Origin: an uncultured Bacteroidales bacterium
Lineage (GTDB): Bacteria; Bacteroidota; Bacteroidia; Bacteroidales; VadinHA17
Assembly: GCA_963732435.1 (NCBI GenBank)
Contig: CAVSZL010000013.1
Coordinates: 19,161 to 83,160 of the forward strand
Length of the DNA stretch: 64,000 bases
Direction: 5' to 3'
Shown: in pieces, positions 11,159-22,843 of the stretch
Numbering within the stretch: the stretch's first letter is position 1
Layout of the letters: each line of letters opens with the position of its first letter
Position numbers and translations under genes: made by a program
The notes under the pieces: generated by a model
What the model was told of the DNA's origin: nothing
What the model saw: the letters and a program-made list of their open reading frames with translations, nothing else
Databases searched by the model: none

Positions 11159-11232
11159 ATTTCAGGTAATTGACAGGTTATTTCTACAAATATATTCAAA
11201 ATCAAACTAAAAGCAAGAGAATTTTTCTATCA

Positions 11233-12096
11233 CTAAAGTAGTCTGAATATCTTATGAGCAAGGTCTTTTATAAGAGGTTTGTAATCCTGGATAAATTCTC
11301 CTGTTACCCTGTTACCTATGACCAGGCAAATGGTCAGAGCTTTGTGCCCAAGAAGTGCTGATAATCCGTAAATTGCAGAACTCTCCATTTCATAATTACT
11401 TATGGTTCTTCCCCTGTATGAGAATTCAGCCAATTTGTTATTTATCTCGTTATCAAATGTTTCAAGTCTTAGTCTTCTTCCCTGAGGAGCATAAAATCCA
11501 GGAGCTGAGATAGTTATTCCCCTGATAAAGTTTTCGTGGCTGAATAATTCAATCAACTCCTTGCTGGCATTAACAGCATAAGGATAGGATAGTGTATCAG
11601 GCCATTCAAGAAATTCTGCGAGATAATCTGATAATCCTGTGTCAAGGATCCAGTCATAGCCCTCATAAAAGTGAAGAAGTCCATCGAAACCGATTGATGT
11701 CTCTGTGAGAATACATGACCCAGCAGGGATTTCGGCTCTCAGACCTCCTGATGTTCCAATTCTAACTAAGGTAAGGGAAACTGGCTCCTCTTTTACCATA
11801 CCTGTAGTCAGGTCAATATTTACCAGTGCATCAAGTTCATTAACAAGTATATCAATATTATCAGTCCCAATGCCGGAAGATATTACTGTAATCTCTGTAT
11901 TTTCATAATATCCGGTGACAGTACGAAATTCCCTGTTCTCTTTTCTTACCCTTATTTCCTGCATCATAGATGCCATCATATTGACACGGTCAGGATCTCC
12001 TACAATAATTATCTTATCTGAAATATCGCCAGGTAGTAAATTCAGATGAAATATGCTTCCATCTCTGTTTGTAATCAGTTCTGTCTTTTTTTGCAT
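11233..12096 (-). CDS. Nucleoside (uridine) phosphorylase family protein
   Basis: IFHLNL, VGDPDRV, REF, GIGTDN, RIGTSG, GFYAPQGR, EMESS motifs. Confidence 0.85.
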   Translation of the reverse strand: MQKKTELITNRDGSIFHLNLLPGDISDKIIIVGDPDRVNMMASMMQEIRVRKENREFRTVTGYYENTEITVISSGIGTDNIDILVNELDALVNIDLTTGMVKEEPVSLTLVRIGTSGGLRAEIPAGSCILTETSIGFDGLLHFYEGYDWILDTGLSDYLAEFLEWPDTLSYPYAVNASKELIELFSHENFIRGITISAPGFYAPQGRRLRLETFDNEINNKLAEFSYRGRTISNYEMESSAIYGLSALLGHKALTICLVIGNRVTGEFIQDYKPLIKDLAHKIFRLL

Positions 12097-12200
12097 AATC
12101 TAAATAAAATATAAAGTTAAAATAAAATGACAAATACAAAACCAGTAATTGACTGAAAGACTTCAATCCTGATAAGTAAAAATGATTTTTTAAATTTTAA

Positions 12201-13523
12201 TTATTTATAGTATGCCATTATCTTACCGGAGATGAGCATCAATGATATTTCTCCGATCTTAGCCTGATATTCTATTATGAGCAATCTTTCTTTTGCATCA
12301 AGAAGGCTTTTCTGGACTTCACGCAGGTCAATCCCCGATAAATTTCCAAGTCTGTATCTTTCCAATGCAATATCAAGATTCTCAGTGGCAGTTTTAAGGT
12401 TTTGTTCTTCAAGGGTAATTAGTCTGAGGTTGTTGCTGTAAGCACTATAAAGAGTAATGAGATCGGCTTTAACTCCCTGCTCAATTTCAAGATATCTCAA
12501 CTCCTTATTTTTTAGCTCTATTGATGAATTATTGATACTTCTTCTCTGATTGAAACCGTCGAAAATATTTACACCAAATGTTAATCCGTAGTTCATCCCG
12601 GTTGTGGTTTGATTCCTGTTACTACCACTTGAATAGGTGTTTAGATTATAACTATAACCAGTTGATAAATTAAGATATGGATATGATCTTGATACAATTA
12701 ACTTATAGTCGTATTCAGATAATATAACATTTTTAGAGGCAATGATAAGGCTCGTATTACCGGTAAGAGTTTCATCAAGAACCTTTTCGTAGAGCAGTTG
12801 CTGACTTATTTGTATGGAAGTGTCTTGTGTAATAAAATTAGCTCCAAGATCCTCTACGGCCATTAACTCATTCAATCTTATCTGGGAAGCATGTACACTC
12901 TCAACCTGTTTGGAAAGTCTTGAACTGTCGGCATTAAGATAAACTCGGGATTGCAACACCTGCAGTTTTGAACTTGAACCAAGAAGGTACCTGTCTTCAT
13001 CAATTCTAAGTCGCTCTTTGGATAAAGCTACTGCATATTTCAGATTGCTTAACAACTTTACCTGCTGTATATAATTGAAATAGGCTGAAATAATATCAGC
13101 AATAAGATTCTCAACAGCAAGTTGTGTATTTAAGGTTCCAAGAACCTGAAGTTCATTTAATTTTTTATACGTTGTCTGTACATTGAATCCGTCGAAAATA
13201 GTCCAGCCTAAAGTTGCTCCGGCATTTGCGGTTGTAGTATGTGAGTTGTTTGTAACGTTTCGACTACCATCTGTAAGATTCTGGGTAGTATTATTTAAAG
13301 TCCCGCTGTATCGGCTGTTTATATCCAGTGTGGGAAGATAACCTGCATTTCCCAGAGTGTAATTATTTTTGGAAATTATTTCACTGTTTCTGGCTACAAG
13401 AATTGAGTAATTCCTATCCAGTCCAACACTTATACAATATTTTAAGTCATATACAATCTGCCCATAGCCAGCTTGAAAAAAAGAACATATTAAAATACTA
13501 CAAAATAGAAACCTTATTTTCAT
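12201..13523 (-). CDS. TolC-family outer membrane efflux protein
   Basis: Signal peptide, two OEP repeats (YLPTL..WTIFDG; YPYL..NIFDG), RYRLG; follows RND permease. Confidence 0.9.
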   Translation of the reverse strand: MKIRFLFCSILICSFFQAGYGQIVYDLKYCISVGLDRNYSILVARNSEIISKNNYTLGNAGYLPTLDINSRYSGTLNNTTQNLTDGSRNVTNNSHTTTANAGATLGWTIFDGFNVQTTYKKLNELQVLGTLNTQLAVENLIADIISAYFNYIQQVKLLSNLKYAVALSKERLRIDEDRYLLGSSSKLQVLQSRVYLNADSSRLSKQVESVHASQIRLNELMAVEDLGANFITQDTSIQISQQLLYEKVLDETLTGNTSLIIASKNVILSEYDYKLIVSRSYPYLNLSTGYSYNLNTYSSGSNRNQTTTGMNYGLTFGVNIFDGFNQRRSINNSSIELKNKELRYLEIEQGVKADLITLYSAYSNNLRLITLEEQNLKTATENLDIALERYRLGNLSGIDLREVQKSLLDAKERLLIIEYQAKIGEISLMLISGKIMAYYK

Positions 13524-16500
13524 TTTTTACATTTTTTGCTTCACTTGAAATATATATATAGATTGCTGGTACAACATATAATGTAAGGAAGGTTGAAAGA
13601 AAAAGTCCACCAACAACAGCAATACCCATCGAGACACGGCTCTGTGCACCCTCGCCCAATCCCAGTGCCAAAGGTGCAATACCCAGAATGGTCGCCATGC
13701 TTGTCATAAGTATGGGACGAAAACGTGATGCTGCTGCAAATTTAATTGCCTCAATCTTTGAGAGTCCGGCTTCTTTGCGCTGATTGGCAAATTCCACAAT
13801 GAGAATGCCATTTTTTGAGACTAGACCAATAAGCATAATAATACCTATCTGGCTGAATATGTTCATAGTAATATTAAAGTACCACATAAATAACAAAGCA
13901 CCCGTCAGAGCCAGAGGTACTGTCATCATGACAATCAGTGGATCTTTAAAACTTTCAAATTGTGCAGAGAGGACAAGGAATATTAGTATCAGTGCCAGCA
14001 CAAATGCAAACATAAGACTTGAAGAACTCTCACGGAAATCCTTTGAATCTCCTGCCAGTGCTGTTCTGAATGAATCATCAAGTACTTCATCTGCAATTCT
14101 ATCCATTTCTGCCAGTCCCTGACTAATTGTATTTCCTGGTGCAAGACCAGCAGAGACCGTGGCAGCTACAAACCTGTTATAACGATAGAGTTGGGGAGGG
14201 GCTGTCTCTTCAGAAAGGGTGACCAGGTTGTCGAATTGAATCATTTCACCACCGTTATTCCTCACGTATAATGATTTAAGGTCAAGAGGCTTATTGCGGT
14301 CTTCCCTTGCCAGTTCCCCAAGTATCTGGTACTGCTTACCATTCATGAAAAAATATCCGAAACGTTGTCCACTGAGTGCTAGTTGAAGTGTCTGTCCTAT
14401 ATTCTGAGTAGAAACTCCCAATGAAATTGCTTTCTCACGGTTGATATGAATTCTTAATTCCGGTTTTGTGAATTTTAGATTCACATCAGCCATCTGTAGT
14501 ACATCACTGCTCATCACTTTGCTCATGAACTCCGGAAGAACCTCCCTTAGTTTATCAATGGAAGTTGCCTGAAGAACATACTGCACAGGCATACCTGCGC
14601 GTCTTCCCCCAAAGGTAGATTGTTGAATAACAAATGACCTTGCTTTTGTCTTTTTTCTCAGATCAACTGAAAGATTATCTGCTATTTCCTGCTGGGTGCG
14701 TTCTCTTTGATCAGGTTTCCTTAACATAATTCTGATGCTTCCACCACTACCACCTCTGATCATTGTAGTATAACCAATTCGCTCCGGAACCTTTTGTTCA
14801 ACAATCTTTGCAATATCATCAGCATAATCCAGCATAAATTCATATGTTGCTCCTTCTGTTGCTGAAGTGTTTATAGTGATCTGTGATCTGTCCTCAAGAG
14901 GAGCCATTTCGGAGGGGATAAATTTCCAGAGCAGGAATATTGTTACGAAAGAGACAACCAGGATCAGGATTGCATAAATCCGATGCTTAAGAAAGGAATT
15001 CAAGTGAATTCTTATAACCTATATTGAGTCTGTCAAAAAAAAGTTCAGTCTTTCTGAAAAACCAGCTGTGGGTCTTTTCTTGTTTCAGAAGTCTTGTTGA
15101 AACCATTGGTGTAAGCGATAGAGCCAGAAATGCTGATATTGCAACAGCTCCTGCCATAACAATACTAAATTCTCTGAACAGACGACCAGTGATTCCTTCA
15201 AGAAATACAATAGGGAAGAATACGGAGATAAGGGTTATTGTGGTTGAGATAATTGCAAAATAAATCTCCTTTGAACCTACCAAACCTGCTTCCATCGGGC
15301 TCATTCCCGATTCGACTTTAACATAAATATTTTCCATAACCACAATGGCATCATCAACAACTATTCCGATGGCAAGCACAATTGCAAGAAGAGTTAGCAC
15401 GTTTATAGTAAACCCAGCCAGGTACATTATAAAGAAGGAGCCTACCAGTGAAACTGGTATAACAAGAATTGGAATAAGTGTTGCCCTCCAGCTACGAAGG
15501 AAGAAGTAGATTATAACCACAACAAGAATGAATGCAATATAAATAGTATCCTTTACCTCTTTGATTGAGGAGCGTATGTACTCTGTATTATCATAATTGA
15601 TATTGACTTCTACATCATCCGGAAGATCCTTTCTGATATAATCAAGTCGGCGGTAAACTTCATCGACAATATCAATGTGATTTGATCCGGGTTGGGGAAT
15701 TATGACTACCATCACCATCGGAACACCATCGTTTTTTAGAATTCCGCGTATATCCTCTGGGCCTAATTCTGCTCTTCCAATATCTTTAAATCGCACTATC
15801 ATATCCCCTGATTGCTTGATTATAAGATCGTTAAATTCCTTGGGAGTTGTCATCAGTCCAAGTGTCCGTATTGTAAGCTGAGTAGTTGTTCCTTCAATAG
15901 CACCTGATGGTAATTCAACATTTTCACGTGAAATTGCATTTCTAACATCCATGGGAGTAAGCTGATATCCTGCAAGCTTTTCAGGATCTATCCATAGGCG
16001 CATTGCATATCTTTTTTGTCCGAATATACTTACGGCACTTACCCCGGAAATAGTCTGAAGTTGTTCCTTTAAAGTTAATTCAGCGACTTCTGAAAGTTCA
16101 AGCAATGATCTCTTATCACTCTCAACAGTTACAAAAAGAATTGGGTTGGCATCAGCATCAGCTTTGGCAACCGTAGGGGGATCACAATCTCTGGGCAGCA
16201 TTCTCATAGCCTGTGAGACTTTATCTCTTACATCATTTGCAGCTGTTTCAAGATCAACAGATAATTCAAATTCAACAGTAATATTACTTCCTCCCTGACG
16301 ACTCACACTGGTCAGGGAACGTACCCCCGGAATACCATTAATCGATTGCTCCAGAGGCTCAGTAATTTGTGTTTCAATTACATCGGAGTTCGCTCCGGGA
16401 TAGGAAGTACTGACAGATATAATGGCAGGATCGACACTTGGAAATTCCCGTACACCCAGGAATGTTAGTCCGACAAAACCAAAAAGAAGAATTACAATTG

Positions 16501-16552
16501 CAAATACTGTTGCCAGTACCGGTCGGTTAATGCTTACTGATGATAGACTCAT
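13498..16552 (-). pseudogene. AcrB/AcrD/AcrF RND permease split into two ORFs (16552-14987 and 15003-13498) by a +1 frameshift; may be a real lesion or a sequencing error
   Basis: N-half has GIVVDDAIVV; C-half has KNGILIVEF and RFRPILMT; removing one base near 15001-15004 gives continuous GYKNSLNSFLKHR and about 1017 aa. Confidence 0.8.
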
Positions 16553-16570
16553 TTTTGTAATTTTGACTGG

Positions 16571-17677
16571 TTATGGATTAACTATCATTGTATCAAGAAC
16601 AACAGGAAGGTTGTGACGAAGCTGTAGAATACCTGTTGTTAATAAGGTATCTCCAAATTTCAGACCATCTACGATCTGTATCAGAGATTCAGTTCGTAAA
16701 CCGATGCCTACCTTTAATGATGTTGCTTTGCCATTTCTGTAAACAAATACCATTTCACCTTCCATCTCTGGAATTAAAGCTTCTGTTGGTATTGCAATTG
16801 CATCTTCTATCTGAGATAAACGAAGTGTTACTGCTGCAAACCTCCCGGATTTAAGTTCTTCATTCTTATTAGGATATAAAGCTCTGAGAACAATTGTCCT
16901 TGTATTCAATTCTATCTTTGGGTCAACAGCATAAACATTTGCCTCATAATCTTTATCACTTCCATCAATTCTAAATGTAACCGGAAATCCAATATTTACA
17001 TTATCAGCATATCGTTCAGGAATAGAGAACTCTAACTTTATCGGACTTATTTTTATTAGCTTGGCAATCTTGGTCGATGAGGTGGCAAAACTCCCTTCAC
17101 TAAGGTACCTTAACCCAATTTTCCCATCAAAAGGAGCTCTTAGTTCTGTTTCTGATATTCGTGCTTTGATCAGATTGACATCAGCCTGAATTGTCTGAAG
17201 CTCGGTAACAATCTGGTCATAACTTTCCTGGCTTATTGCATCTCTGCCAAGCAAACTGCGTTGTCTGAATTCTTTCGCTTCGGATAACTTTTGCTGGGCT
17301 AAGAGTTTTTCCAACTGTGCCTGTAATGGTTTGTCGTTGATCTTCGCAAGAAGTTCACCTTTTTTTACTCTGGTTCCTTCAGTGAACATAATACTAACTA
17401 TCTTTCCTGAGGTTTCAAAAGCAAGATCAACCTCCTCATCTGGTCTTAATGTTCCTGTGCTGTTAATGTATTCCGTAAGCTGGGTCGGCTTAATCAGAAA
17501 ACCGCTTACATTAAGCACCTGGCGGCTCGGCATCATGGTTGGAGCACCTTTACCAGGTCCCCGTCCCTGTACTTTCGTTTTTGAAGCAAGTATGAGCTTT
17601 ACTTTTGGATAGGCAATCAATCCTGCAATAAAAATAATTATCATTATGATAATTGCCATTCTTCCTTTCCTGTTCAT
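16571..17677 (-). CDS. RND efflux membrane fusion protein
   Basis: N-terminal TM, lipoyl halves (SGKI..EGTRVKKGELL; APFDG), helical hairpin, IPTEAL. Confidence 0.9.
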   Translation of the reverse strand: MNRKGRMAIIIMIIIFIAGLIAYPKVKLILASKTKVQGRGPGKGAPTMMPSRQVLNVSGFLIKPTQLTEYINSTGTLRPDEEVDLAFETSGKIVSIMFTEGTRVKKGELLAKINDKPLQAQLEKLLAQQKLSEAKEFRQRSLLGRDAISQESYDQIVTELQTIQADVNLIKARISETELRAPFDGKIGLRYLSEGSFATSSTKIAKLIKISPIKLEFSIPERYADNVNIGFPVTFRIDGSDKDYEANVYAVDPKIELNTRTIVLRALYPNKNEELKSGRFAAVTLRLSQIEDAIAIPTEALIPEMEGEMVFVYRNGKATSLKVGIGLRTESLIQIVDGLKFGDTLLTTGILQLRHNLPVVLDTMIVNP

Positions 17678-17954
17678 AAGAGAAATCTAAGTGACTATTT
17701 AATTCAATATTTTACTTAACCATCTAACAGCAGGAATCCCGGAAAGTTTATTTCTGGTCTAACTAAATGGTCTGGGATTAGTAATTCCGGAATCAACAAA
17801 ATTAGATCATTAAATGCTCTTTTAAGATTTTATTTTTATAAAAGATGTTAAAATGGGATATATAGTAGTGTTTTACTGTTTTAAATATTATTGCTATCAA
17901 TTAAATTTATATAAAAGAGATTAATTTTACCGGTGATTATAAAAAACATTTCTA

Positions 17955-18422
17955 ATGATTCAGCGAATTCAATCTCTATATCTATTATTGACAACTATTT
18001 TGTCAGTATTATTCCTTAATGGTACTTTTTTAACCTTTTTTATGGAATCAGGAGGTAGCATCAGAATTACCTTATATGGTTTCTTGTATCAAATGCAGGG
18101 AAATGAGGAGGAGGTAATATTAGGATCGCTACCAATCTATCTGTTGATAATCATCATACTTCTGATATCTATTATAACAATTCTGAGTTTCAGAAACAGG
18201 AAGGTGCAGTTGTGGTTGTCACGGATGATGATAGTTTTAACCTGTTTATTAATAATTGAATCTGTAATTTATTCATTGTTTATTATCAGAAAATTTGATG
18301 CTGAATTAATCCCTGGAATCAAAATGTCAATTCCGATCCTTATATTAATTCTTAGTATCTTGGCATACACAGGCATTAAGAAAGATGCAGATCTTATAAA
18401 ATCATATGATAGATTGCGGTAG
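17955..18422 (+). CDS. DUF4293-family membrane protein
   Basis: MIQRIQSLYL start, FRNRKVQ and KSYDRLR end typical of this Bacteroidota family. Confidence 0.8.
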   Translation: MIQRIQSLYLLLTTILSVLFLNGTFLTFFMESGGSIRITLYGFLYQMQGNEEEVILGSLPIYLLIIIILLISIITILSFRNRKVQLWLSRMMIVLTCLLIIESVIYSLFIIRKFDAELIPGIKMSIPILILILSILAYTGIKKDADLIKSYDRLR

Positions 18423-18460
18423 TTATCTTTTAAATAGACAGTACTATAATTGGTCAGGGT

Positions 18461-18919
18461 CTAAATAATTTGCATATTATCCTGGGTGGTTATTTTGTCG
18501 CAATAATGACATCTCAATGCAACATTTTTCTTTGAAAACACCTTAAACCTGGTTGTTACAGTCTCGTAATTTGTTATACATTTAGGATTCATACATTTTG
18601 CAATTCCTACTATATTATCCGGTACCTCAACAATCTTCTTTTCAACAACTTCATAATCCCTGATAATATTCAGTTTTGCCTCAGGTGCGACCAATGCAAT
18701 CCTGTTAATATCCTTATCCTCGAAAAACTTACCTGATATTTTGATAATTGCTTTTCTTCCCAGTTTCTTGCTCTCGAGATTAGTTCCGAAAGTAATCTGA
18801 TTGTCAATCCTGTCCAGACCAAGAATCTGAATTACCTTAAAGAGGTTTCTGGCAGGAACATGGTCTATTACAGTTCCATCCTGAATAGCACTAACACTCA
18901 TCTGTTTTGTCTCTTTCAT
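18461..18919 (-). CDS. pyrI: Aspartate carbamoyltransferase regulatory subunit
   Basis: GTVIDH, CMNPKCIT and CHYC zinc ligands; adjacent to pyrB. Confidence 0.97.
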   Translation of the reverse strand: MKETKQMSVSAIQDGTVIDHVPARNLFKVIQILGLDRIDNQITFGTNLESKKLGRKAIIKISGKFFEDKDINRIALVAPEAKLNIIRDYEVVEKKIVEVPDNIVGIAKCMNPKCITNYETVTTRFKVFSKKNVALRCHYCDKITTQDNMQII

Positions 18920-18930
18920 ATATGTGCCAT

Positions 18931-19842
18931 TTATTTTTTAATTCCCAGCAATGAACATAAGATCGCCTGACGTGTAAATACCCCATTCAGAGCTTGTTCG
19001 AAATAATATGCCTTAGGATTGTGATCAACATCCATATTAATTTCATTTACTCTTGGAAGAGGGTGGAGGATACGCATATTGGGCTTGGTGTTCTTCAGCA
19101 TACTGTTCCTAAGAACATATACATTCTTAACTTTTTCATATTCAATCGGATCAGAAAATCTCTCCTTTTGTACCCTTGTCATATATATTATATCAGCCTT
19201 TGAAATAATATCAGTGAAATCAGTATGTTCATAATATTTAAGACCAAGATTATCCAGATACAACTTAAATTCATCCGGCATTTTAAGCTCTTCAGGTGAA
19301 ATGAAATTAAATGTGGCTTTCCATCTTGACATAGCCATCATCAGGGAATGTACTGTTCTTCCGTATTTCAGATCACCAACCAGAAAGATATTCAGATCAT
19401 CAAGCCTGCCCTGTGTTTTGCGGATTGAATAAAGATCAAGCATAGTCTGGGAAGGGTGTTGATTGGCTCCATCTCCGGCATTTATTACGGGCACAGTAGC
19501 TATCTCACTTGCAAATCTTGCACTGCCTTCCATTGGATGACGCATAACAATCAGATCACAATAATTAGTTACCGTCCTTATTGTATCATTCAACGTTTCT
19601 CCTTTTGATACACTGGAATTAGCAGCATCCGCAAAACCAACTATTTTTCCTCCAAGCCTGTTTATGGCACTTTCAAAACTTAATCTTGTCCGGGTTGAAG
19701 GTTCGAAAAATAATGTTGCAATCACTTTTCCTTCAAGCAATTTGCTGGTAGGTTCTTTCTCAAATTCCGCAGTAAGATCCAGAATCTTCAGGATCTCCTC
19801 TGTTGAAAAATCATCAATTGATACAAAGCTTCTGTTTTTCAT
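18931..19842 (-). CDS. pyrB: Aspartate carbamoyltransferase catalytic subunit
   Basis: [38 protein letters not shown]. Confidence 0.98.
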   Translation of the reverse strand: MKNRSFVSIDDFSTEEILKILDLTAEFEKEPTSKLLEGKVIATLFFEPSTRTRLSFESAINRLGGKIVGFADAANSSVSKGETLNDTIRTVTNYCDLIVMRHPMEGSARFASEIATVPVINAGDGANQHPSQTMLDLYSIRKTQGRLDDLNIFLVGDLKYGRTVHSLMMAMSRWKATFNFISPEELKMPDEFKLYLDNLGLKYYEHTDFTDIISKADIIYMTRVQKERFSDPIEYEKVKNVYVLRNSMLKNTKPNMRILHPLPRVNEINMDVDHNPKAYYFEQALNGVFTRQAILCSLLGIKK

Positions 19843-20090
19843 TAGAATGAATCGTTAATGCTCTATTCTGGAGGTACTCAAAATTAGTTAAGATTTACCT
19901 GATTTAGCTGGCATGTTAATATTTTCTTGATATCTTCTTATTTTCTGCATGGAAATGTCTGCAATTGCAAAATAGCACAAAGTCTGATTAGTGTAGATCA
20001 AAATTCATAACAATTCGACAAGTAGTTATTTTTTGATTAACCGGGAAACAGATTCCATTCACTTATCCCATTAATTTTTTTGGTAAAAAG

Positions 20091-20702
20091 TTATCGGGTT
20101 GTAATATATTGCCAATTAAGTCCTTCAATTCTTTCAAATCTTTTTAGAATCTTTTCTCTTTTTGATGCAATGAACCTTATCTGAATTTTGCATGTCAGGT
20201 CAATGGAGTTGTCGGATTGTTTTATTTCCTCATCTTTAAGGACTTTCATTACCTGATTCAATGATATATATGGAAAGGTAATCTCATAAAAATCATTAAC
20301 AAATTCCTCAATTATTTCAGAATTTTCAATTGCTGATACGGCCGCCAATCGATATGCATTTATTAATCCACTAACTCCCAGTAAAGTACCACCAAAATAC
20401 CTTGATACAACAATAAGAATATTTGTCAGTCCAAAAGAATTAATCTGCCCCAGTATAGGTCTTCCTGCTGTACCCGAGGGTTCTCCATCGTCATTAACTC
20501 TCCAGATATTATGCTCATTTCCTAACATATAGGCATAGCAATGATGCCTGGCTTCATGGTTATCTTTCCTTATACCATCGAGTATCTTTTTAATATCATC
20601 TATCTCAGTGACTGGAAATGCATTCGCTACGAAATGACTGCCTTTTTCTTTATAATCTCCTCTGGATTTATGCTTAATTGTTTTATAACTATAAATCTCC
20701 AT
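20091..20702 (-). CDS. yigZ: IMPACT/YigZ family protein
   Basis: ARHHCYAY, DDGEPSGTAGRPI, VSRYFGGTLLG. Confidence 0.9.
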   Translation of the reverse strand: MEIYSYKTIKHKSRGDYKEKGSHFVANAFPVTEIDDIKKILDGIRKDNHEARHHCYAYMLGNEHNIWRVNDDGEPSGTAGRPILGQINSFGLTNILIVVSRYFGGTLLGVSGLINAYRLAAVSAIENSEIIEEFVNDFYEITFPYISLNQVMKVLKDEEIKQSDNSIDLTCKIQIRFIASKREKILKRFERIEGLNWQYITTR

Positions 20703-20816
20703 ATATAGGAATAACAGATTTTCACAGGATAAGGATTACAATATTAAGTAATAAAATTTTTCCGGGTGTAGATTAATTTAAAAATTAATACTTTTGTTCG
20801 TTATTGGATTACAATT

Positions 20817-21200
20817 ATGAGTTTATTACTAGATGAAAAAGACCTGCAGAAACTGATTGTTATTGGTGACAGGATACTTATAAAACCAAAAGTGCCTCAG
20901 TCAAAAACAAAAAGTGGATTACTTCTTCCCCCGGGTGTGAATGAGAATGAAAAGGTTCAAATTGGATATGTTGTCAAAGTTGGGCCGGGATATCCCATTC
21001 CTTCAGTAAATGATGTTGATGAACCCTGGAAAAACAGGTCAGATGAACCAAAGTATGTTCCCCTTCAGCCAAAAGAAGGCGATCAGGCTGTTTACCTTCA
21101 GAACAGTGCGATAGAAATCGAGTTTAATAAGGAAAAATATATTGTCGTTCCTCACTCAGCAGTATTATTATTGCTGAGAGATGACGGCCTCTTTGAATAA
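20817..21200 (+). CDS. GroES-like co-chaperonin paralog (no groEL adjacent)
   Basis: GDRILIK, TKSGLLLP mobile loop, VVKVGPG; TACTTTTG promoter box at 20789-20796. Confidence 0.8.
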   Translation: MSLLLDEKDLQKLIVIGDRILIKPKVPQSKTKSGLLLPPGVNENEKVQIGYVVKVGPGYPIPSVNDVDEPWKNRSDEPKYVPLQPKEGDQAVYLQNSAIEIEFNKEKYIVVPHSAVLLLLRDDGLFE

Positions 21201-21209
21201 ATAAAAACG

Positions 21210-21593
21210 ATGGGAACTGAGATTCTTTCCGGGCGAAAAATTCTTATTGTCGAAGATGATTCATCGAGCAGGTTATACCTGAATAAGATCCTTGAAAAAC
21301 ATGGGGTAATCATATTTAATGCTGGTGATGGTGAAGAAGCATTTGATATTGTGATGGATAATCCTGATCTGGATATTATTTTAATGGATATTCAGCTTCC
21401 TGTTATGGATGGGTACGCTTCGACCATTAAGATCAGAGAGGTAAAACCGGAAATTATTATAATTGCTCAAACTGCTTATGGTCTTATAACCGAAAGGGAA
21501 AAGATTACTGAGGCAGGATTTAATGATTTTATAATCAAACCTATATTATCAAAGAATCTGATTGAAAAGTTAATATCAAATCTTAAATCTTAA
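21210..21593 (+). CDS. Single-domain response regulator (receiver only)
   Basis: ILIVEDD, LMDIQLPVMDG, AQTA, KP. Confidence 0.92.
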   Translation: MGTEILSGRKILIVEDDSSSRLYLNKILEKHGVIIFNAGDGEEAFDIVMDNPDLDIILMDIQLPVMDGYASTIKIREVKPEIIIIAQTAYGLITEREKITEAGFNDFIIKPILSKNLIEKLISNLKS

Positions 21594-21606
21594 ATCTATA
21601 ATCTAA

Positions 21607-22782
21607 TTATTCAGGATAGGCAGAAATATGATTGAATAAATACCTGAATTCTTCAATTTCGGTTTGCCATCTCTCTTTCTCATTTTGAATACTTAGTCTG
21701 TTTTTTAATGTTAACCTCATTCCCGGATCTCCTGATAAAATATCAAAAGGTATCAGTTTATATTCATATTCATAGGGTGGCTGGTTAAACTTCAGACTTT
21801 CAGTTCCGGATGTTTCAATAATTGCATCAAATATTTCCAGGGCTGTGCCGACCGGTCTGAACTGATTAATATCTGTAACATGGATCTGAAGGCCATTGCA
21901 CAGTTCCCCACTGAATTTATGAAATGTAGGTATAAAACTGTGAATTCTGAATGCACACCCTCCAATTCTGCGATCGTCCAGATTCCTTTTTAATTTTTCC
22001 GGGTTAATAAATGGTGCTCCGAATAATTCAAATGGTACTGTTGTGCCTCTTCCTTCAGAAATATTGAGTGCCTCGATGAGAACTGTTCCCGGGTAGACAA
22101 TTGCTGTATTAATAGAAGGCATATTTGGCGATGGAATAACCCAGGGAAGCCCTGTATCCGGATACAAATATGACCTGTGATAATTTTGCATCCAGACTAC
22201 ATTTAGATCGCATAGTGGATAATACATTTCCTTTATCCATACTGCCATTTCTCCTATTGTCATACGATGGCATAAAGGTATTGATGCTCCTCCTACAAAG
22301 GTGAAATATTTCTCTTTCAATACTGGTCCGTCAAAAGTAAGTTTTCCTACTGGATTTGGTCTGTCCAGAATCCATACAGGGATTCCTTTTTCTGAACACG
22401 CCTCCATACATAACTTTACAGTCCATACATAAGTATATAGTCTTGCGCCTATGTCCTGAAGATCTATTATTAAAGCATCAATATTATAAAGCATTTCATC
22501 AGTTGGCTTCCTGTTTTCGCCATAGAGACTATATAATGGGATATTATACCCTGGATGCCTCAAACTCTGCCATTCAATCATATTATCCTGCGTTTGTCCA
22601 AAAAGTCCATGCTGCGGTCCTAAGATTGCTGAGAGTCTGCAGTCGGTTCGTTGAAAAAACAAATCTGTAATATGAATAAAATCCGTGGTGATACTCGGTG
22701 CATGGCATAAAATTCCAACTTTTTTTCCCTTTAAAGAATTTGGCAGAGAATCTGTAATTAATTCAAGTCCCGTGATAACCAT
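21607..22782 (-). CDS. namZ: Exo-beta-N-acetylmuramidase NamZ family (DUF1343)
   Basis: PQHGL, SLYG..RKPT, DLQDIGARLYTY, DRPNP, PSPNMP, SEGRGT. Confidence 0.85.
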   Translation of the reverse strand: MVITGLELITDSLPNSLKGKKVGILCHAPSITTDFIHITDLFFQRTDCRLSAILGPQHGLFGQTQDNMIEWQSLRHPGYNIPLYSLYGENRKPTDEMLYNIDALIIDLQDIGARLYTYVWTVKLCMEACSEKGIPVWILDRPNPVGKLTFDGPVLKEKYFTFVGGASIPLCHRMTIGEMAVWIKEMYYPLCDLNVVWMQNYHRSYLYPDTGLPWVIPSPNMPSINTAIVYPGTVLIEALNISEGRGTTVPFELFGAPFINPEKLKRNLDDRRIGGCAFRIHSFIPTFHKFSGELCNGLQIHVTDINQFRPVGTALEIFDAIIETSGTESLKFNQPPYEYEYKLIPFDILSGDPGMRLTLKNRLSIQNEKERWQTEIEEFRYLFNHISAYPE

Positions 22783-22843
22783 GCTGTTTTTTTAACAAAT
22801 ATATTATGAATAACTTTATAACTAATTAGCGTTTAATGAATTA

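Noticed and set aside
15035-15042. A8/T8 run as a phase-variation site explaining the RND split
   Set aside because: Deleting one base there leads to an in-frame TAG before the C-half, so it does not restore the gene
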